Below are positions 1 through 17,929 of a stretch of DNA of 32,000 nt, in pieces. The notes beneath the pieces were generated by a model that ran no database searches, was not told the DNA's origin, and saw only the letters and a program-made list of their open reading frames with translations. The translations under genes and the position numbers were made by a program. How positions within the stretch are numbered: the stretch's first letter is position 1; each line of letters starts with the position of its first letter. The DNA is taken from contig CP166130.1 in assembly GCA_041228335.1 (NCBI GenBank), positions 674,638-706,637 of the forward strand, given 5' to 3'. Source of the stretch: Alphaproteobacteria bacterium LSUCC0684. GTDB lineage: Bacteria > Pseudomonadota > Alphaproteobacteria > Puniceispirillales > UBA1172.

Positions 1-1
1 A

Positions 2-8062
<8,061 letters not shown>

Positions 8063-8134
8063 AGGGATTTACGTCTTCGGCGGGGCCTGAAACCCGGGCA
8101 AATAAAAATCTGCAGGAGGTATGCGATTTACCTC

Positions 8135-8163
8135 TTGACCGGATGGCCGGAAAACATTACTTT
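8135..8163 (+). promoter_or_regulatory. Candidate sigma70-type promoter for the str genes (TTGACC-17 nt-TACTTT)
   Basis: TTGACC at 8135-8140, a 17-nt spacer, then TACTTT at 8158-8163, which keeps the T1, A2 and T6 positions of the -10 consensus. It lies ~190 nt upstream of rpsL in the only large intergenic gap of this block. Sequence match only. Confidence 0.4.
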
Positions 8164-8170
8164 CCGGCCA
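8144..8170. repeat. Perfect 10-bp inverted repeat (TGGCCGGAAA-7 nt-TTTCCGGCCA)
   Basis: The left arm at 8144-8153 is the exact reverse complement of the right arm at 8161-8170; the loop is ACATTAC. No T-tract follows on either strand. It overlaps the spacer and -10 of the candidate promoter. Confidence 0.8.
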
Positions 8171-8352
8171 CTCCAAAGGTTCAGGTGGTGTGTGATTCTG
8201 CATCATAACAGACACTGACGCCAAAATATGGAGAGTGGCCCGGCCTCGGGTCTTTGTTCACCTGCAAGGGTGGTTGTTAACTCCGCAGAAGTCCGCCGGT
8301 ATTGACCTGGCAATTGCTAATGCGGCTTGAACATGATGGGAAAAAGTCTGGT

Positions 8353-8724
8353 ATGCCGACGATTAACCAGTTAATTCGCCATGGACGGACGCGTCCAGTG
8401 GCCCGCAACAAGGTTCCGGCGATGGAAGCCTGCCCGCAGAAGCGCGGCGTTTGCACCCGTGTCTATACGACAACGCCGAAGAAGCCTAACTCTGCCCTGC
8501 GTAAAGTTGCACGTGTACGGCTGACCAATGGTTTCGAAGTAACAAGCTATATCCCTGGCGAAGGCCATAACCTGCAGGAACACTCGGTTGTGCTGATCCG
8601 CGGTGGCCGGGTAAAAGACCTTCCAGGTGTTCGTTATCATATCATTCGTGGCACGCTGGATACCCAGGGTGTTGCCGATCGTCGTCAGCGGCGGTCGAAA
8701 TACGGCGCCAAACGGCCCAAATAA
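8353..8724 (+). CDS. rpsL: 30S ribosomal protein S12
   Basis: [12 protein letters not shown]...[38 protein letters not shown]. The ORF-track start at 8302 (TTG) adds 17 residues absent from homologs; the ATG at 8353 matches the canonical S12 N-terminus. Confidence 0.97.
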   Translation: MPTINQLIRHGRTRPVARNKVPAMEACPQKRGVCTRVYTTTPKKPNSALRKVARVRLTNGFEVTSYIPGEGHNLQEHSVVLIRGGRVKDLPGVRYHIIRGTLDTQGVADRRQRRSKYGAKRPK

Positions 8725-9207
<483 letters not shown>

Positions 9208-9231
9208 CCCATACGCACAGGATTAGACGTC

Positions 9232-11367
9232 ATGGCTAGAGAGTATAAACTTGAGCGCTACCGCAACTTCGGCATCATGGCTCATATTGATGCAGGTAAG
9301 ACTACCACGACGGAGCGGATTCTCTATTACACCGGTAAATCCCATAAAATCGGTGAAGTTCATGACGGCAACGCCACCATGGACTGGATGGAACAGGAGC
9401 AGGAGCGTGGCATCACCATTACGTCGGCCGCCACCACCTGCATGTGGTTCCGCACCGAAGATGGGGAAAACCCGGATGGTCCTTATGGATCGAATGCGGA
9501 TGAAGCAAAATTCCGCTTCAATATCATCGATACACCAGGTCACGTGGACTTCACCATTGAGGTGGAACGTTCACTGGCGGTGCTTGATGGCGCTGTCTGT
9601 GTTCTTGATGCCAATGCCGGGGTCGAGCCGCAGACCGAAACAGTATGGCGCCAGGCCGACCGCTACGAAGTGCCTCGCGTGGTTTTTGTCAACAAGATGG
9701 ACAAGATCGGCGCTGACTTCTTCAATTGCGTTCACATGATCAAGGATCGCACCGGTGCAACACCGCTGCCGGTTCATATGCCGATCGGCTCTGAAAGCGA
9801 ATTTGCCGGGCTCGTTGACCTGATCACCATGAAGGAATGGGTCTGGGCCGGTGAAGATCTTGGCGCATCCTGGACTCTCGGTGAAATTCGTCCTGAACTC
9901 AAGGACAAGGCTGAAGAAATGCGCGCCGCCATGATCGAGCTTGCCGTTGAGCAGGACGATGCGTGGATGGAAAAATTCTTTGAAGGTGAAGAGCCTGACC
10001 CCCAGTCCTTGCGTGAACTGATCCGCAAAGGCACCCTGAACATGACCTTTGTTCCTGTTCTTTGCGGCTCGGCCTTCAAGAACAAGGGTGTGCAGCCCAT
10101 GCTGAACGCCGTGATTGATTTTCTGCCGGGCCCGCTTGACGTTCCTGCCTATAAAGGGTTCAAGCCAGGTGATGAGACGGAAACCCGTAACATTGAGCGT
10201 CATGCCGATGATGGCCAGCCTCTTTCAGGGCTTGCCTTCAAGATCATGAATGACCCGTTTGTCGGCTCGCTGACCTTTGTGCGCATTTACTCGGGTATGA
10301 TGAAAAAAGGCGACAGCATCATGAACTCGACCAAGGGCAAGAAAGAGCGCATTGGCCGGATGATGATGATGCATTCAAATAACCGGGAAGAAATCGAAGA
10401 GGCTTTTGCCGGTGATATTGTTGCTCTTGCAGGCATGAAGGAAACCACCACCGGGGATACGCTTTGCGATGTTGCAAACCCGGTCGTGCTCGAAACGATG
10501 ACTTTCCCTGATCCGGTGATCGAAATTGCCGTTGAGCCGAATTCAAAGAACGACCAGGAAAAGATGTCGCAAGGCCTTGCACGTCTGGCGGCGGAAGATC
10601 CTTCCTTCCAGGTCAGCACCGATAAAGAATCCGGCCAGACCATCATGAAGGGGATGGGTGAACTTCACCTTGATATCCTGATTGATCGCCTGAAGCGTGA
10701 ATTCAAGGTTGAGGCAAATGTCGGTGCGCCGCAGGTGGCGTATCGCGAAACGATCACCAAGGAAGTCGAAATTGACTACACGCACAAGAAACAGTCCGGC
10801 GGTTCCGGCCAGTTCGCGCGGGTGAAGCTGGTCTTCAAGCCGATTGAAGAAGGCTTCACTTTTGAGAACAAGGTCGTGGGTGGATCGGTTCCGCGTGAAT
10901 ATGTCCCGGGTGTTGAAAAAGGACTTATTTCAGCAAAAGACACAGGCGTGATCGCCGGCTTCCCGGTTATTGATTTCGGGGTCGAGCTGATCGACGGCGC
11001 CAGCCATGATGTGGACTCATCAGTGCTGGCCTTTGAGATAGCCGCACGTGCCGCTTTCCGTGAAGCCATGCAGAAGGCAGCGCCGCGTCTCCTCGAGCCG
11101 GTGATGAAGGTTGAGATTATTACCCCGGAAGAATACATGGGGGATATCATTGGTGACCTCAATTCACGTCGCGGCAATGTCGGCGGTATGGATCAGCGTG
11201 GCAATGCCCGTGTGATCAGCGCCATGGTTCCGCTTGCCAATATGTTTGGTTACGTGAACACCCTGCGTTCCATGTCCCAGGGCCGGGCGCAATACACGAT
11301 GCAATTTGACCATTACGAACAGGTGCCACAGGCCGTTGCGGATGAAGTCCGCAGCAAGATGGCCTAA
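9232..11367 (+). CDS. fusA: Elongation factor G
   Basis: 711-aa ORF with GTPase motifs [20 protein letters not shown] and NKMD. Canonical position after rpsG. Confidence 0.98.
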   Translation: MAREYKLERYRNFGIMAHIDAGKTTTTERILYYTGKSHKIGEVHDGNATMDWMEQEQERGITITSAATTCMWFRTEDGENPDGPYGSNADEAKFRFNIIDTPGHVDFTIEVERSLAVLDGAVCVLDANAGVEPQTETVWRQADRYEVPRVVFVNKMDKIGADFFNCVHMIKDRTGATPLPVHMPIGSESEFAGLVDLITMKEWVWAGEDLGASWTLGEIRPELKDKAEEMRAAMIELAVEQDDAWMEKFFEGEEPDPQSLRELIRKGTLNMTFVPVLCGSAFKNKGVQPMLNAVIDFLPGPLDVPAYKGFKPGDETETRNIERHADDGQPLSGLAFKIMNDPFVGSLTFVRIYSGMMKKGDSIMNSTKGKKERIGRMMMMHSNNREEIEEAFAGDIVALAGMKETTTGDTLCDVANPVVLETMTFPDPVIEIAVEPNSKNDQEKMSQGLARLAAEDPSFQVSTDKESGQTIMKGMGELHLDILIDRLKREFKVEANVGAPQVAYRETITKEVEIDYTHKKQSGGSGQFARVKLVFKPIEEGFTFENKVVGGSVPREYVPGVEKGLISAKDTGVIAGFPVIDFGVELIDGASHDVDSSVLAFEIAARAAFREAMQKAAPRLLEPVMKVEIITPEEYMGDIIGDLNSRRGNVGGMDQRGNARVISAMVPLANMFGYVNTLRSMSQGRAQYTMQFDHYEQVPQAVADEVRSKMA

Positions 11368-11393
11368 GGCGGAAAGACATCTAGGAGGCAGAT

Positions 11394-12584
11394 ATGTCGA
11401 AGGAAAAGTTTGATCGAAGCAAGCCGCATGTAAACATCGGCACGATAGGGCACGTTGACCATGGCAAGACGACGCTGACGGCGGCGATCACGAAGGTGAT
11501 GGCGGAATCCGGAGGTGCGGAGTTTCAGGCGTATGACCAGATTGACAAGGCGCCCGAAGAGCGCGCTCGCGGTATCACGATATCGACGGCACATGTTGAG
11601 TATGAGACGTCCAATCGTCATTACGCGCATGTTGACTGCCCGGGTCACGCGGATTACGTGAAGAACATGATCACGGGTGCGGCGCAGATGGATGGAGCGA
11701 TCCTTGTTGTATCCGCGGCGGACGGACCGATGCCGCAGACGCGTGAGCACATTCTTCTGGCGCGTCAGGTAGGTGTTCCGGCGCTGGTGGTTTTCATGAA
11801 CAAGACCGATCAGGTTGACGATGAGGAGTTGTTGGAACTGGTTGAGCTTGAGATCAGGGAGCTTCTGTCGAGCTATGATTTCCCTGGAGACGATATTCCG
11901 ATCGTGAAGGGTTCGGCGCTTGCGGCGCTTGAAGGGACGAATGATACGATCGGCAAGTCGGCGATCGAGGAGCTGATGGCGGCGGTAGATGCGTATATAC
12001 CGCAGCCGGATCGTCCGAAGGATCAGCCGTTCCTGATGCCGATCGAGGATGTGTTCTCGATTTCGGGACGCGGGACGGTGGTGACGGGCCGTATTGAGCG
12101 TGGCATGGTTAAGGTCGGCGAAGAGATCGAGATTGTCGGGATCAAGGCGACGGAGAAGACGACGTGCACGGGTGTTGAGATGTTCCGGAAGCTGCTGGAT
12201 CAGGGCGAGGCCGGAGACAATGTCGGGGTTCTGCTTCGTGGCACGAAGCGTGAGGAAGTTGAGCGCGGGCAGGTTCTGGCGGCGCCCGGATCGATCACGC
12301 CGCATACGGAGTTCAAGGCGGAAGCGTATATCCTGACGAAGGATGAAGGTGGACGTCATACGCCGTTCTTCTCGAACTATCGTCCGCAGTTTTATTTCCG
12401 GACGACGGATGTGACGGGATCGGTGACGTTGCCGGAAGGGACGGAGATGGTGATGCCCGGAGACAATATTGCGATGACGGTGGAGCTGATCGCGCCGATC
12501 GCGATGGATGAAGGTCTTCGCTTTGCTATCCGCGAAGGTGGCCGTACCGTCGGCGCCGGCGTCGTCTCAAGCATCGTTAAGTAG
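11394..12584 (+). CDS. tuf: Elongation factor Tu
   Basis: 396-aa ORF with [35 protein letters not shown] and NKTD. AGGAGG lies ~7 nt upstream of the ATG. Codon usage is atypical (see findings). Confidence 0.98.
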   Translation: MSKEKFDRSKPHVNIGTIGHVDHGKTTLTAAITKVMAESGGAEFQAYDQIDKAPEERARGITISTAHVEYETSNRHYAHVDCPGHADYVKNMITGAAQMDGAILVVSAADGPMPQTREHILLARQVGVPALVVFMNKTDQVDDEELLELVELEIRELLSSYDFPGDDIPIVKGSALAALEGTNDTIGKSAIEELMAAVDAYIPQPDRPKDQPFLMPIEDVFSISGRGTVVTGRIERGMVKVGEEIEIVGIKATEKTTCTGVEMFRKLLDQGEAGDNVGVLLRGTKREEVERGQVLAAPGSITPHTEFKAEAYILTKDEGGRHTPFFSNYRPQFYFRTTDVTGSVTLPEGTEMVMPGDNIAMTVELIAPIAMDEGLRFAIREGGRTVGAGVVSSIVK

Positions 12585-12598
12585 GTAAACTAATCATC

Positions 12599-12630
12599 AG
12601 AACCGGCGGGACTTTCGCCGGTTCTCTTTT
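12599..12630 (+). terminator. Intrinsic terminator or attenuator hairpin between tuf and rpsJ
   Basis: GAACCGGCG (12600-12608) pairs perfectly with CGCCGGTTC (12616-12624) across a 7-nt loop, and the A12599/T12625 pair extends the stem. TCTTTT follows directly, ending at 12630, 24 nt before the rpsJ ATG. Confidence 0.75.
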
Positions 12631-12654
12631 GGTAAGCGCCAGAGGGTTAAGAAA

Positions 12655-12963
12655 ATGGAAAATCAGAATATTCGGATCAGGCTCAAGGCATTTGATCATC
12701 GTATTCTTGACCAGTCCACGACAGAGATCGTGAACACGGCCAAGCGTACTGGCGCTGAAGTCTGCGGTCCTATTCCGCTGCCGACTTCGATCAAGAGGTT
12801 CACCGTTCTTCGTTCACCCCATATCGACAAGAAGAGCCGTGAGCAGTTTGAAATGCGGACGCATAAGCGTCTTCTTGACATTATCGACCCAACACCGCAG
12901 ACCGTTGATGCGCTCATGAAGCTCGATCTGGCCGCCGGTGTTGACGTTGAAATTAAGCTTTAA
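12655..12963 (+). CDS. rpsJ: 30S ribosomal protein S10
   Basis: 102-aa ORF ([16 protein letters not shown]...PIPLPT...[25 protein letters not shown]). Confidence 0.97.
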   Translation: MENQNIRIRLKAFDHRILDQSTTEIVNTAKRTGAEVCGPIPLPTSIKRFTVLRSPHIDKKSREQFEMRTHKRLLDIIDPTPQTVDALMKLDLAAGVDVEIKL

Positions 12964-12978
12964 GGAAAGGTCTTACCC

Positions 12979-13848
12979 ATGCGTTGCGGCGTAATTGCTC
13001 GAAAAGTTGGGATGACACGCGTGTTTGCCGCGGATGGTGCCCATGTGCCGGTAACCGTCCTGCAGATGGAAAACTGCCAGGTCACGCAGGTCCGCAGCAA
13101 GGAAAAGGATGGCTATACCGCCCTTCAGCTTGGTGTTGGCTCCCGCAAGGTGAAAAACGTCAACAAGGCCCTGCGCGGTCAATACGCCAAGGCTGGCGTT
13201 GAAGCCAAGGCCAAACTTGCTGAATTCCGTGTCTCCGAAGATGCGGTGCTTGAGGTTGGTGCAACACTTGGTGCCAATCACTATGTCAGCGGCCAGATGG
13301 TTGATGTTGTCGGTATTTCCCAGGGTAAGGGTTTTGCCGGTGCCATGAAGCGCCATAACTTTGGCGGTCTTCGCGCCTCCCATGGTGTGTCGATCTCGCA
13401 TCGTTCACACGGCTCCACCGGTAACAACCAGGATCCGGGCAAGGTCTTCAAAGGCAAGAAGATGGCTGGCCATATGGGGGCTGAACGGGTGACCACCCAG
13501 AATCTTGAAGTTGTTGCTACTGATCCGGCCGAAGGGCTGATCCTGATCCGTGGCGCCATTCCTGGCAGCAAGGGCGGGTATGTGCTAATCAGTGATGCAC
13601 TGAAAGCAGCGCGTCCGGATGAAGCCCCGTTCCCGGCCGGTCTGCTCGCCGATGCCATGGCTGATGAAACGCCTGCTGATGAAGTTGCGGCCGAAGACGC
13701 CCCGGCTGAAGATGTTCAGGCAGAGGATATGGCAGCCGAGGGCGCCCCGGCAGAAGATAATCTAGCCGAAGACGCCCCTGCCGAAGAAGCTCAGGCAGAT
13801 GAAGCCCCCGCAGCTGAGGCTGTTGAGGAAGAGAAGAAAGGCGAGTAA
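12979..13848 (+). CDS. rplC: 50S ribosomal protein L3 with a long acidic C-terminal extension
   Basis: The N-terminal ~220 aa are canonical L3 ([13 protein letters not shown]...[15 protein letters not shown]...[23 protein letters not shown]). The last ~65 aa consist almost only of Ala, Glu, Asp and Pro. Confidence 0.96.
   Translation: MRCGVIARKVGMTRVFAADGAHVPVTVLQMENCQVTQVRSKEKDGYTALQLGVGSRKVKNVNKALRGQYAKAGVEAKAKLAEFRVSEDAVLEVGATLGANHYVSGQMVDVVGISQGKGFAGAMKRHNFGGLRASHGVSISHRSHGSTGNNQDPGKVFKGKKMAGHMGAERVTTQNLEVVATDPAEGLILIRGAIPGSKGGYVLISDALKAARPDEAPFPAGLLADAMADETPADEVAAEDAPAEDVQAEDMAAEGAPAEDNLAEDAPAEEAQADEAPAAEAVEEEKKGE
13648..13845 (+). repeat. Degenerate ~30-nt tandem repeats encoding AEDAPAED-like units (3' end of rplC)
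   Basis: Reiterated units are visible in the DNA (gccgaagacgccccggctgaagat / gccgagggcgccccggcagaagat / gccgaagacgcccctgccgaagaa / gcagatgaagcccccgcagctgag) and in the protein ([44 protein letters not shown]). Confidence 0.7.
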
Positions 13849-13850
13849 GT

Positions 13851-14471
13851 GTGATGAAACTTGCAGTTAAAACTCTCGATAACAAGGCAGCAGGCGACGT
13901 AAGTCTTGCCGATGATGTCTTCGGGATTGAGCCACGTGCCGATATCATGGCCCGCGTGGTCAACTGGCAGCTGGCCAAGCGCCGCGCCGGCAACCACAAG
14001 GTCAAGATCCGTTCCGAGATCAGCCGTACCGGTGCCAAGATGTATCGCCAGAAGGGAACAGGCCGTGCGCGTCATGGTGCAGGTTCAACCAACATCTTTC
14101 GTGGCGGCGGTGTTGTTCATGGCCCGGTCCTGCGTGATCATGCCCACAGCCTGCAGAAAAAGGTTCGTGCCCTTGGGCTGCGTTCCGCTCTTTCCAGCAA
14201 GGCACGTGACGGCAAGCTGTTCATTGTTGATGAGCTGAAGGCTGATGGCAAGACAGCATCTCTCAAGGGCAAGCTCAGCAAGCTTGGTCTTGAAAACGCC
14301 CTCATTATCGGGGGTGAGGCAATTGACGAGAAATTCCAGCGCGCCGCCAGCAACATTCCGAATATCGATGTGCTGCCGCAGCAGGGAATTAATGTATATG
14401 ACATTCTGCGTCGTGATGTACTGGTTCTGACCAAGGACAGCGCGGCCCATCTTGAGGAGCGGCTGAAATGA
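13851..14471 (+). CDS. rplD: 50S ribosomal protein L4
   Basis: 206-aa ORF (...[25 protein letters not shown]...). The start is GTG at 13851 or the adjacent ATG at 13854, 2-5 nt after the rplC stop. Confidence 0.96.
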   Translation: MMKLAVKTLDNKAAGDVSLADDVFGIEPRADIMARVVNWQLAKRRAGNHKVKIRSEISRTGAKMYRQKGTGRARHGAGSTNIFRGGGVVHGPVLRDHAHSLQKKVRALGLRSALSSKARDGKLFIVDELKADGKTASLKGKLSKLGLENALIIGGEAIDEKFQRAASNIPNIDVLPQQGINVYDILRRDVLVLTKDSAAHLEERLK

Positions 14472-14797
14472 GTATCCGTCCCCGCGCAAAGACCGAAACG
14501 TTCATGTCACAGGATAAGGCCTATGATACGATTCTGCGCCCCATCGTAACCGAAAAGTCAACGATGCAGGCAGAGCAGAACAAGATCGGCTTTGTCGTGC
14601 CGATGAGCGCCACCAAGCCTGAGATAAAGGCGGCGGTTGAGTTGCTCTATAAGGTAAATGTCGAGGCGGTGAACACGTCGGTCCTGAAAGGCAAGACAAA
14701 GCGGTTCCGCGGTGTCCTGGGCCGCCGCATCGACCAGAAAAAAGCGATCGTGACCCTGGCTGACGGCCAGAGCATTGATCTGATGCAGGGAGTGTAA
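14468..14797 (+). CDS. rplW: 50S ribosomal protein L23
   Basis: Contains [14 protein letters not shown]...[21 protein letters not shown]. The ATG at 14468 overlaps the rplD stop (ATGA) and follows a GAGGAG. An internal ATG at 14504 would give the more usual ~97-aa length, so the start is uncertain. Confidence 0.93.
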   Translation: MSIRPRAKTETFMSQDKAYDTILRPIVTEKSTMQAEQNKIGFVVPMSATKPEIKAAVELLYKVNVEAVNTSVLKGKTKRFRGVLGRRIDQKKAIVTLADGQSIDLMQGV

Positions 14798-14801
14798 GGG
14801 G

Positions 14802-15626
14802 ATGGCATTAAAGCAGTATAACCCGACGTCACCCGGCCAGCGTGGTCTTGTCACCGTTGACCGTTCCGATCTGCATAAGGGCGGTCCAGTCAAGAAACTG
14901 ACCGAAGGCCTGACCAAATCTGGCGGCAGGAACAATTCCGGTCATATCACGGCCTGGCAGAAGGGTGGTGGTCACAAGCGGAGATACCGTCTGGTCGATT
15001 TCAAGCGTCGCAAGATGGATGTGGCGGCAACGGTTGAGCGTATCGAATATGATCCGAACCGGACAGCCTTTATCGCGCTGATCACCTATGCCGATGGGGA
15101 GCAGTCCTATATTCTGGCGCCCCAGCGGTTGGCTGCTGGTGATACGGTGATTTCTTCGGCAAAGGCGGACATCAAGCCTGGCAATGCCCTGCCGCTTTCT
15201 TCAATTCCGGTGGGTACGATCATCCACAACGTCGAGCTCAAAGCCGGCAAGGGTGGGCAGCTGGCACGTTCTGCCGGTACATATGTGCAGCTGATCGGCC
15301 GTGACCAGTCCTATTCAATTCTTCGCCTGGCTTCCGGTGAAGTCCGGATGGTGCGTTCCGAATGCATGGCCACCATCGGTGCTGTCTCCAACTCGGATCA
15401 GCAGAATATCAAGCTTGGAAAGGCAGGACGCAGCCGCTGGCTGGGTCGTCGCCCGAGCGTTCGTGGTGTGGCCATGAACCCGATCGATCACCCGCATGGT
15501 GGCGGTGAGGGCAAGACCTCAGGTGGTCGTCATCCGGTGACACCATGGGGCAAGCCGACCAAAGGCAAGCGGACACGCAATAACAAGAAGACGGATCGCC
15601 TGATTGTGCGCCGTCGCAAGGCATAA
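14802..15626 (+). CDS. rplB: 50S ribosomal protein L2
   Basis: 274-aa ORF (...GRNNSGHIT...[30 protein letters not shown]...). Confidence 0.98.
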   Translation: MALKQYNPTSPGQRGLVTVDRSDLHKGGPVKKLTEGLTKSGGRNNSGHITAWQKGGGHKRRYRLVDFKRRKMDVAATVERIEYDPNRTAFIALITYADGEQSYILAPQRLAAGDTVISSAKADIKPGNALPLSSIPVGTIIHNVELKAGKGGQLARSAGTYVQLIGRDQSYSILRLASGEVRMVRSECMATIGAVSNSDQQNIKLGKAGRSRWLGRRPSVRGVAMNPIDHPHGGGEGKTSGGRHPVTPWGKPTKGKRTRNNKKTDRLIVRRRKA

Positions 15627-15638
15627 GGGATAGACGAG

Positions 15639-15914
15639 ATGGCACGTTCTGTTTGGAAAGGTCCTTTTGTTGATGGCTATCTGCTGAAAAAAGCGGATGC
15701 CTCGCGCGAAAGCGGCCGCAAGGAAGTGATCAAAACCTGGTCTCGCCGGTCCACCATCATGCCGCAGTTTGTCGGACTGACCTTTGGTGTACATAACGGC
15801 AACAAGTTCATTCCGGTTCTCGTTTCCGAGGATATGGTTGGTCACAAATTCGGTGAATTCGCCCCGACCCGTACCTATTACGGGCACGCGGCCGACAAGA
15901 AATCGAAGCGTTAG
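15639..15914 (+). CDS. rpsS: 30S ribosomal protein S19
   Basis: 91-aa ORF ([12 protein letters not shown]...[15 protein letters not shown]...[12 protein letters not shown]). Confidence 0.97.
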   Translation: MARSVWKGPFVDGYLLKKADASRESGRKEVIKTWSRRSTIMPQFVGLTFGVHNGNKFIPVLVSEDMVGHKFGEFAPTRTYYGHAADKKSKR

Positions 15915-15923
15915 AGGTAAGTT

Positions 15924-16301
15924 ATGGGTAAGCAATCGAAACCACGCCCTCTGGCTGACAATCAGGCTCGCGCTGTTGTACGCAATCTTCGTGTCAGCCC
16001 GCAGAAGCTGAACGAAGTGGCCGGGTTGATCAGGGGCAAGAATGCGGATAAGGCATTGGCTCTGCTGAGCTTTTCACGCCGCCGTATCGCTATTGATGTG
16101 AAGAAAGCGCTTCAGTCGGCTATCGCCAATGCTGAAAACAACCATTCGCTTGATGTGGATCGCCTGGTTGTTCAGGAAGCGCATGTTGGCAAGGGGCTGG
16201 TGATGAAAAGGTTCCGTGCCCGCGCCCGTGGCCGTGGCGCACGTGTTTTGAAGCCGTTTTCACACCTCACCATTATTGTATCCGAGAAAGAGGACGCCTG
16301 A
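15924..16301 (+). CDS. rplV: 50S ribosomal protein L22
   Basis: 125-aa ORF (...[18 protein letters not shown]...[23 protein letters not shown]). Confidence 0.97.
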   Translation: MGKQSKPRPLADNQARAVVRNLRVSPQKLNEVAGLIRGKNADKALALLSFSRRRIAIDVKKALQSAIANAENNHSLDVDRLVVQEAHVGKGLVMKRFRARARGRGARVLKPFSHLTIIVSEKEDA

Positions 16302-16996
16302 TGGGACAGAAAATCAAACCAATCGGGCTGAGGCTCGGCATTAACCGCACCTGGGATTCCCGCTGGTACGCTGATCGCAATTACGCATCGCTCCTGCACC
16401 AGGACCGTGAATTGCGCGAACACCTGATGGATCGCCTCAAGGCCGCTGCAATTAGCCGCGTCGTCATCGAGCGTCCGGCGGGTCGCGCACGGATCACGAT
16501 CTATGCAGGTCGTCCGGGGCTCATCATCGGCAAGAAGGGCGCAGATATCGAAAGCCTGCGTGCTGACCTGACCAAGCGTGTTGGCAGTGAAGTCAGCCTC
16601 AATATTGTTGAAGTCCGCAAGCCTGAAATTGACGCCAAACTGGTGGCCGAGTCGATCGCCCAGCAGCTGGAGCGCCGGGTTGCCTTCCGCCGCGCCATGA
16701 AGCGTTCGGTTCAGTCCGCGATGCGGCTTGGTGCCCTTGGGGTTCGTATCAACTGCGCCGGCCGTCTTGGCGGCGCGGAGATCGCCCGTACCGAATGGTA
16801 CCGTGAAGGCCGGGTGCCGCTTCATACACTTCGTGCCGAGGTGGATTATGGCGAAGCTACCGCCCATACAACCTACGGTGCATGCGGTGTCAAGGTCTGG
16901 GTCTTCAAGGGTGAAGTCATGGCCCATGATCCCATGGCACAGGACAAGCGCCTGGCTGAGCAGCAATCTGCGCCAGCCCCGCGCAACGCATCGTAA
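16301..16996 (+). CDS. rpsC: 30S ribosomal protein S3
   Basis: 231-aa ORF ([24 protein letters not shown]...[29 protein letters not shown]). The start shares one nt with the rplV stop (TGATG). Confidence 0.98.
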   Translation: MGQKIKPIGLRLGINRTWDSRWYADRNYASLLHQDRELREHLMDRLKAAAISRVVIERPAGRARITIYAGRPGLIIGKKGADIESLRADLTKRVGSEVSLNIVEVRKPEIDAKLVAESIAQQLERRVAFRRAMKRSVQSAMRLGALGVRINCAGRLGGAEIARTEWYREGRVPLHTLRAEVDYGEATAHTTYGACGVKVWVFKGEVMAHDPMAQDKRLAEQQSAPAPRNAS

Positions 16997-17011
16997 GCAG
17001 GAGGCTGAGGC

Positions 17012-17425
17012 ATGCTGCAACCAAAACGTACCAAATTCCGCAAGGCGCATAAGGGCCGTATCCACGGCAATGCCAAAGGCGGAACACAGCTGAATTTCGG
17101 CGCCTATGGGCTGAAGGCTACAACCCCGGCCCGGGTCACCGCTCGCCAGATCGAAGCGGCCCGCCGTGCCATTACCCGTCACCTTCGTCGTGCCGGCCGT
17201 GTCTGGATCCGCATCTTTCCTGATGTGCCTGTATCCAGCAAGCCAGCCGAAGTCCGGATGGGTAAAGGTAAGGGTAACCCGGAATACTGGGTAGCCAGAG
17301 TGAAACCCGGCCGGATCATGTTTGAAGTCGACGGGGTCAGCGGGGATCTCGCCAGTGAAGCGCTGGCGCTGGCATCGGCAAAACTGCCGCTCGATACCCG
17401 TATCGTTAAGCGTCTGGGTGAATAG
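17012..17425 (+). CDS. rplP: 50S ribosomal protein L16
   Basis: 137-aa ORF ([19 protein letters not shown]...[24 protein letters not shown]). Confidence 0.98.
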   Translation: MLQPKRTKFRKAHKGRIHGNAKGGTQLNFGAYGLKATTPARVTARQIEAARRAITRHLRRAGRVWIRIFPDVPVSSKPAEVRMGKGKGNPEYWVARVKPGRIMFEVDGVSGDLASEALALASAKLPLDTRIVKRLGE

Positions 17426-17434
17426 GAGAACAAG

Positions 17435-17644
17435 ATGGCAGTGGTAAAAGCACAGGATCTTCGCGCCAAGACATCGGATGAGCTGAAAGCGCAACTGACG
17501 GATCTCAAGAAAGAGGCCTATAACCTGCGGTTTCAGGGGGCAACAGGTCAGCTGGAAAATCCGGCACGCATGCGGCTGGTCCGCCGCGAGATCGCCCGGG
17601 TCAAAACCGTGCTGGCTGAAATGGCCGCGGCAACCGGCGCATAA
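17435..17644 (+). CDS. rpmC: 50S ribosomal protein L29
   Basis: 69-aa ORF (...[26 protein letters not shown]...) in the canonical position. Confidence 0.95.
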   Translation: MAVVKAQDLRAKTSDELKAQLTDLKKEAYNLRFQGATGQLENPARMRLVRREIARVKTVLAEMAAATGA

Positions 17645-17655
17645 GGAGTTTAATT

Positions 17656-17910
17656 ATGCCAAAGCGTATTCTTCAGGGTGTGGTTGTCAGCGACAAGGGC
17701 GACAAGACAGTTGTCGTCAAGGTCGAACGGCGACTGATGCATCCTCTTTACAAGAAGTTTATCTCGAAATCGAAGAAGTTTGCCGCCCATGATGCTGAAA
17801 ACCGTTTCAAGATCGGTGATCGGGTCCGGATCGAGGAATGCCCTCCGATTTCAAAGTCTAAAACCTACACGGTTATCTATGACGACGCTGAAGTCGCCGG
17901 TGCCAACTAG
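17656..17910 (+). CDS. rpsQ: 30S ribosomal protein S17
   Basis: 84-aa ORF ([34 protein letters not shown]...). Confidence 0.96.
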   Translation: MPKRILQGVVVSDKGDKTVVVKVERRLMHPLYKKFISKSKKFAAHDAENRFKIGDRVRIEECPPISKSKTYTVIYDDAEVAGAN

Positions 17911-17929
17911 CCGATAGCGGGAGTTTATC

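Noticed and set aside
8078-8100. Possible hairpin just after the rpoC stop (CGGG...CCCG)
   Set aside because: The stem is only ~4 bp with an 8-nt loop, and it is followed by an A-rich rather than T-rich tract. It is not a credible intrinsic terminator.
8121-8138. Five-codon mini-ORF (MRFTS) directly after a perfect AGGAGG in the rpoC-rpsL spacer
   Set aside because: The SD-to-ATG spacing is only 1 nt, which is too short. The ORF lies upstream of the candidate promoter and overlaps its -35 element. I have no evidence that it acts as a leader peptide.
8302-8330. Second TTGACC hexamer 50 nt upstream of rpsL as an alternative promoter
   Set aside because: There is no acceptable -10 hexamer at 16-18 nt spacing (GCTTGA at the 17-nt position), and it would leave almost no leader for the SD.
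8302-8352. ORF-track N-terminal extensions of rpsL (8302), rplE (18440), rplF (19856), rpsM (24084) and rpoA (24977)
   Set aside because: The extensions are absent from the conserved N-termini of these families, overlap upstream genes or promoters, and lack SD sequences. Internal starts with good SD sequences reproduce the canonical N-termini.
11364-12359. 331-aa Arg-rich ORF antisense to tuf
   Set aside because: It is exactly codon-aligned with tuf on the opposite strand. Its Arg richness follows directly from tuf using ACG/GCG/TCG/CCG, whose reverse complements are CGN. It stays open only because tuf avoids TTA, CTA and TCA. It has no independent start context or recognisable domain.
16172-17494. 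440-aa antisense ORF spanning the end of rplV, rpsC, rplP and rpmC
   Set aside because: rpsC, rplP and rpmC share the same reading-frame phase, and the antisense ORF is the codon-aligned complement. It is open only because TTA, CTA and TCA are rare. The sequence is low-complexity with no motifs and overlaps well-supported essential genes.
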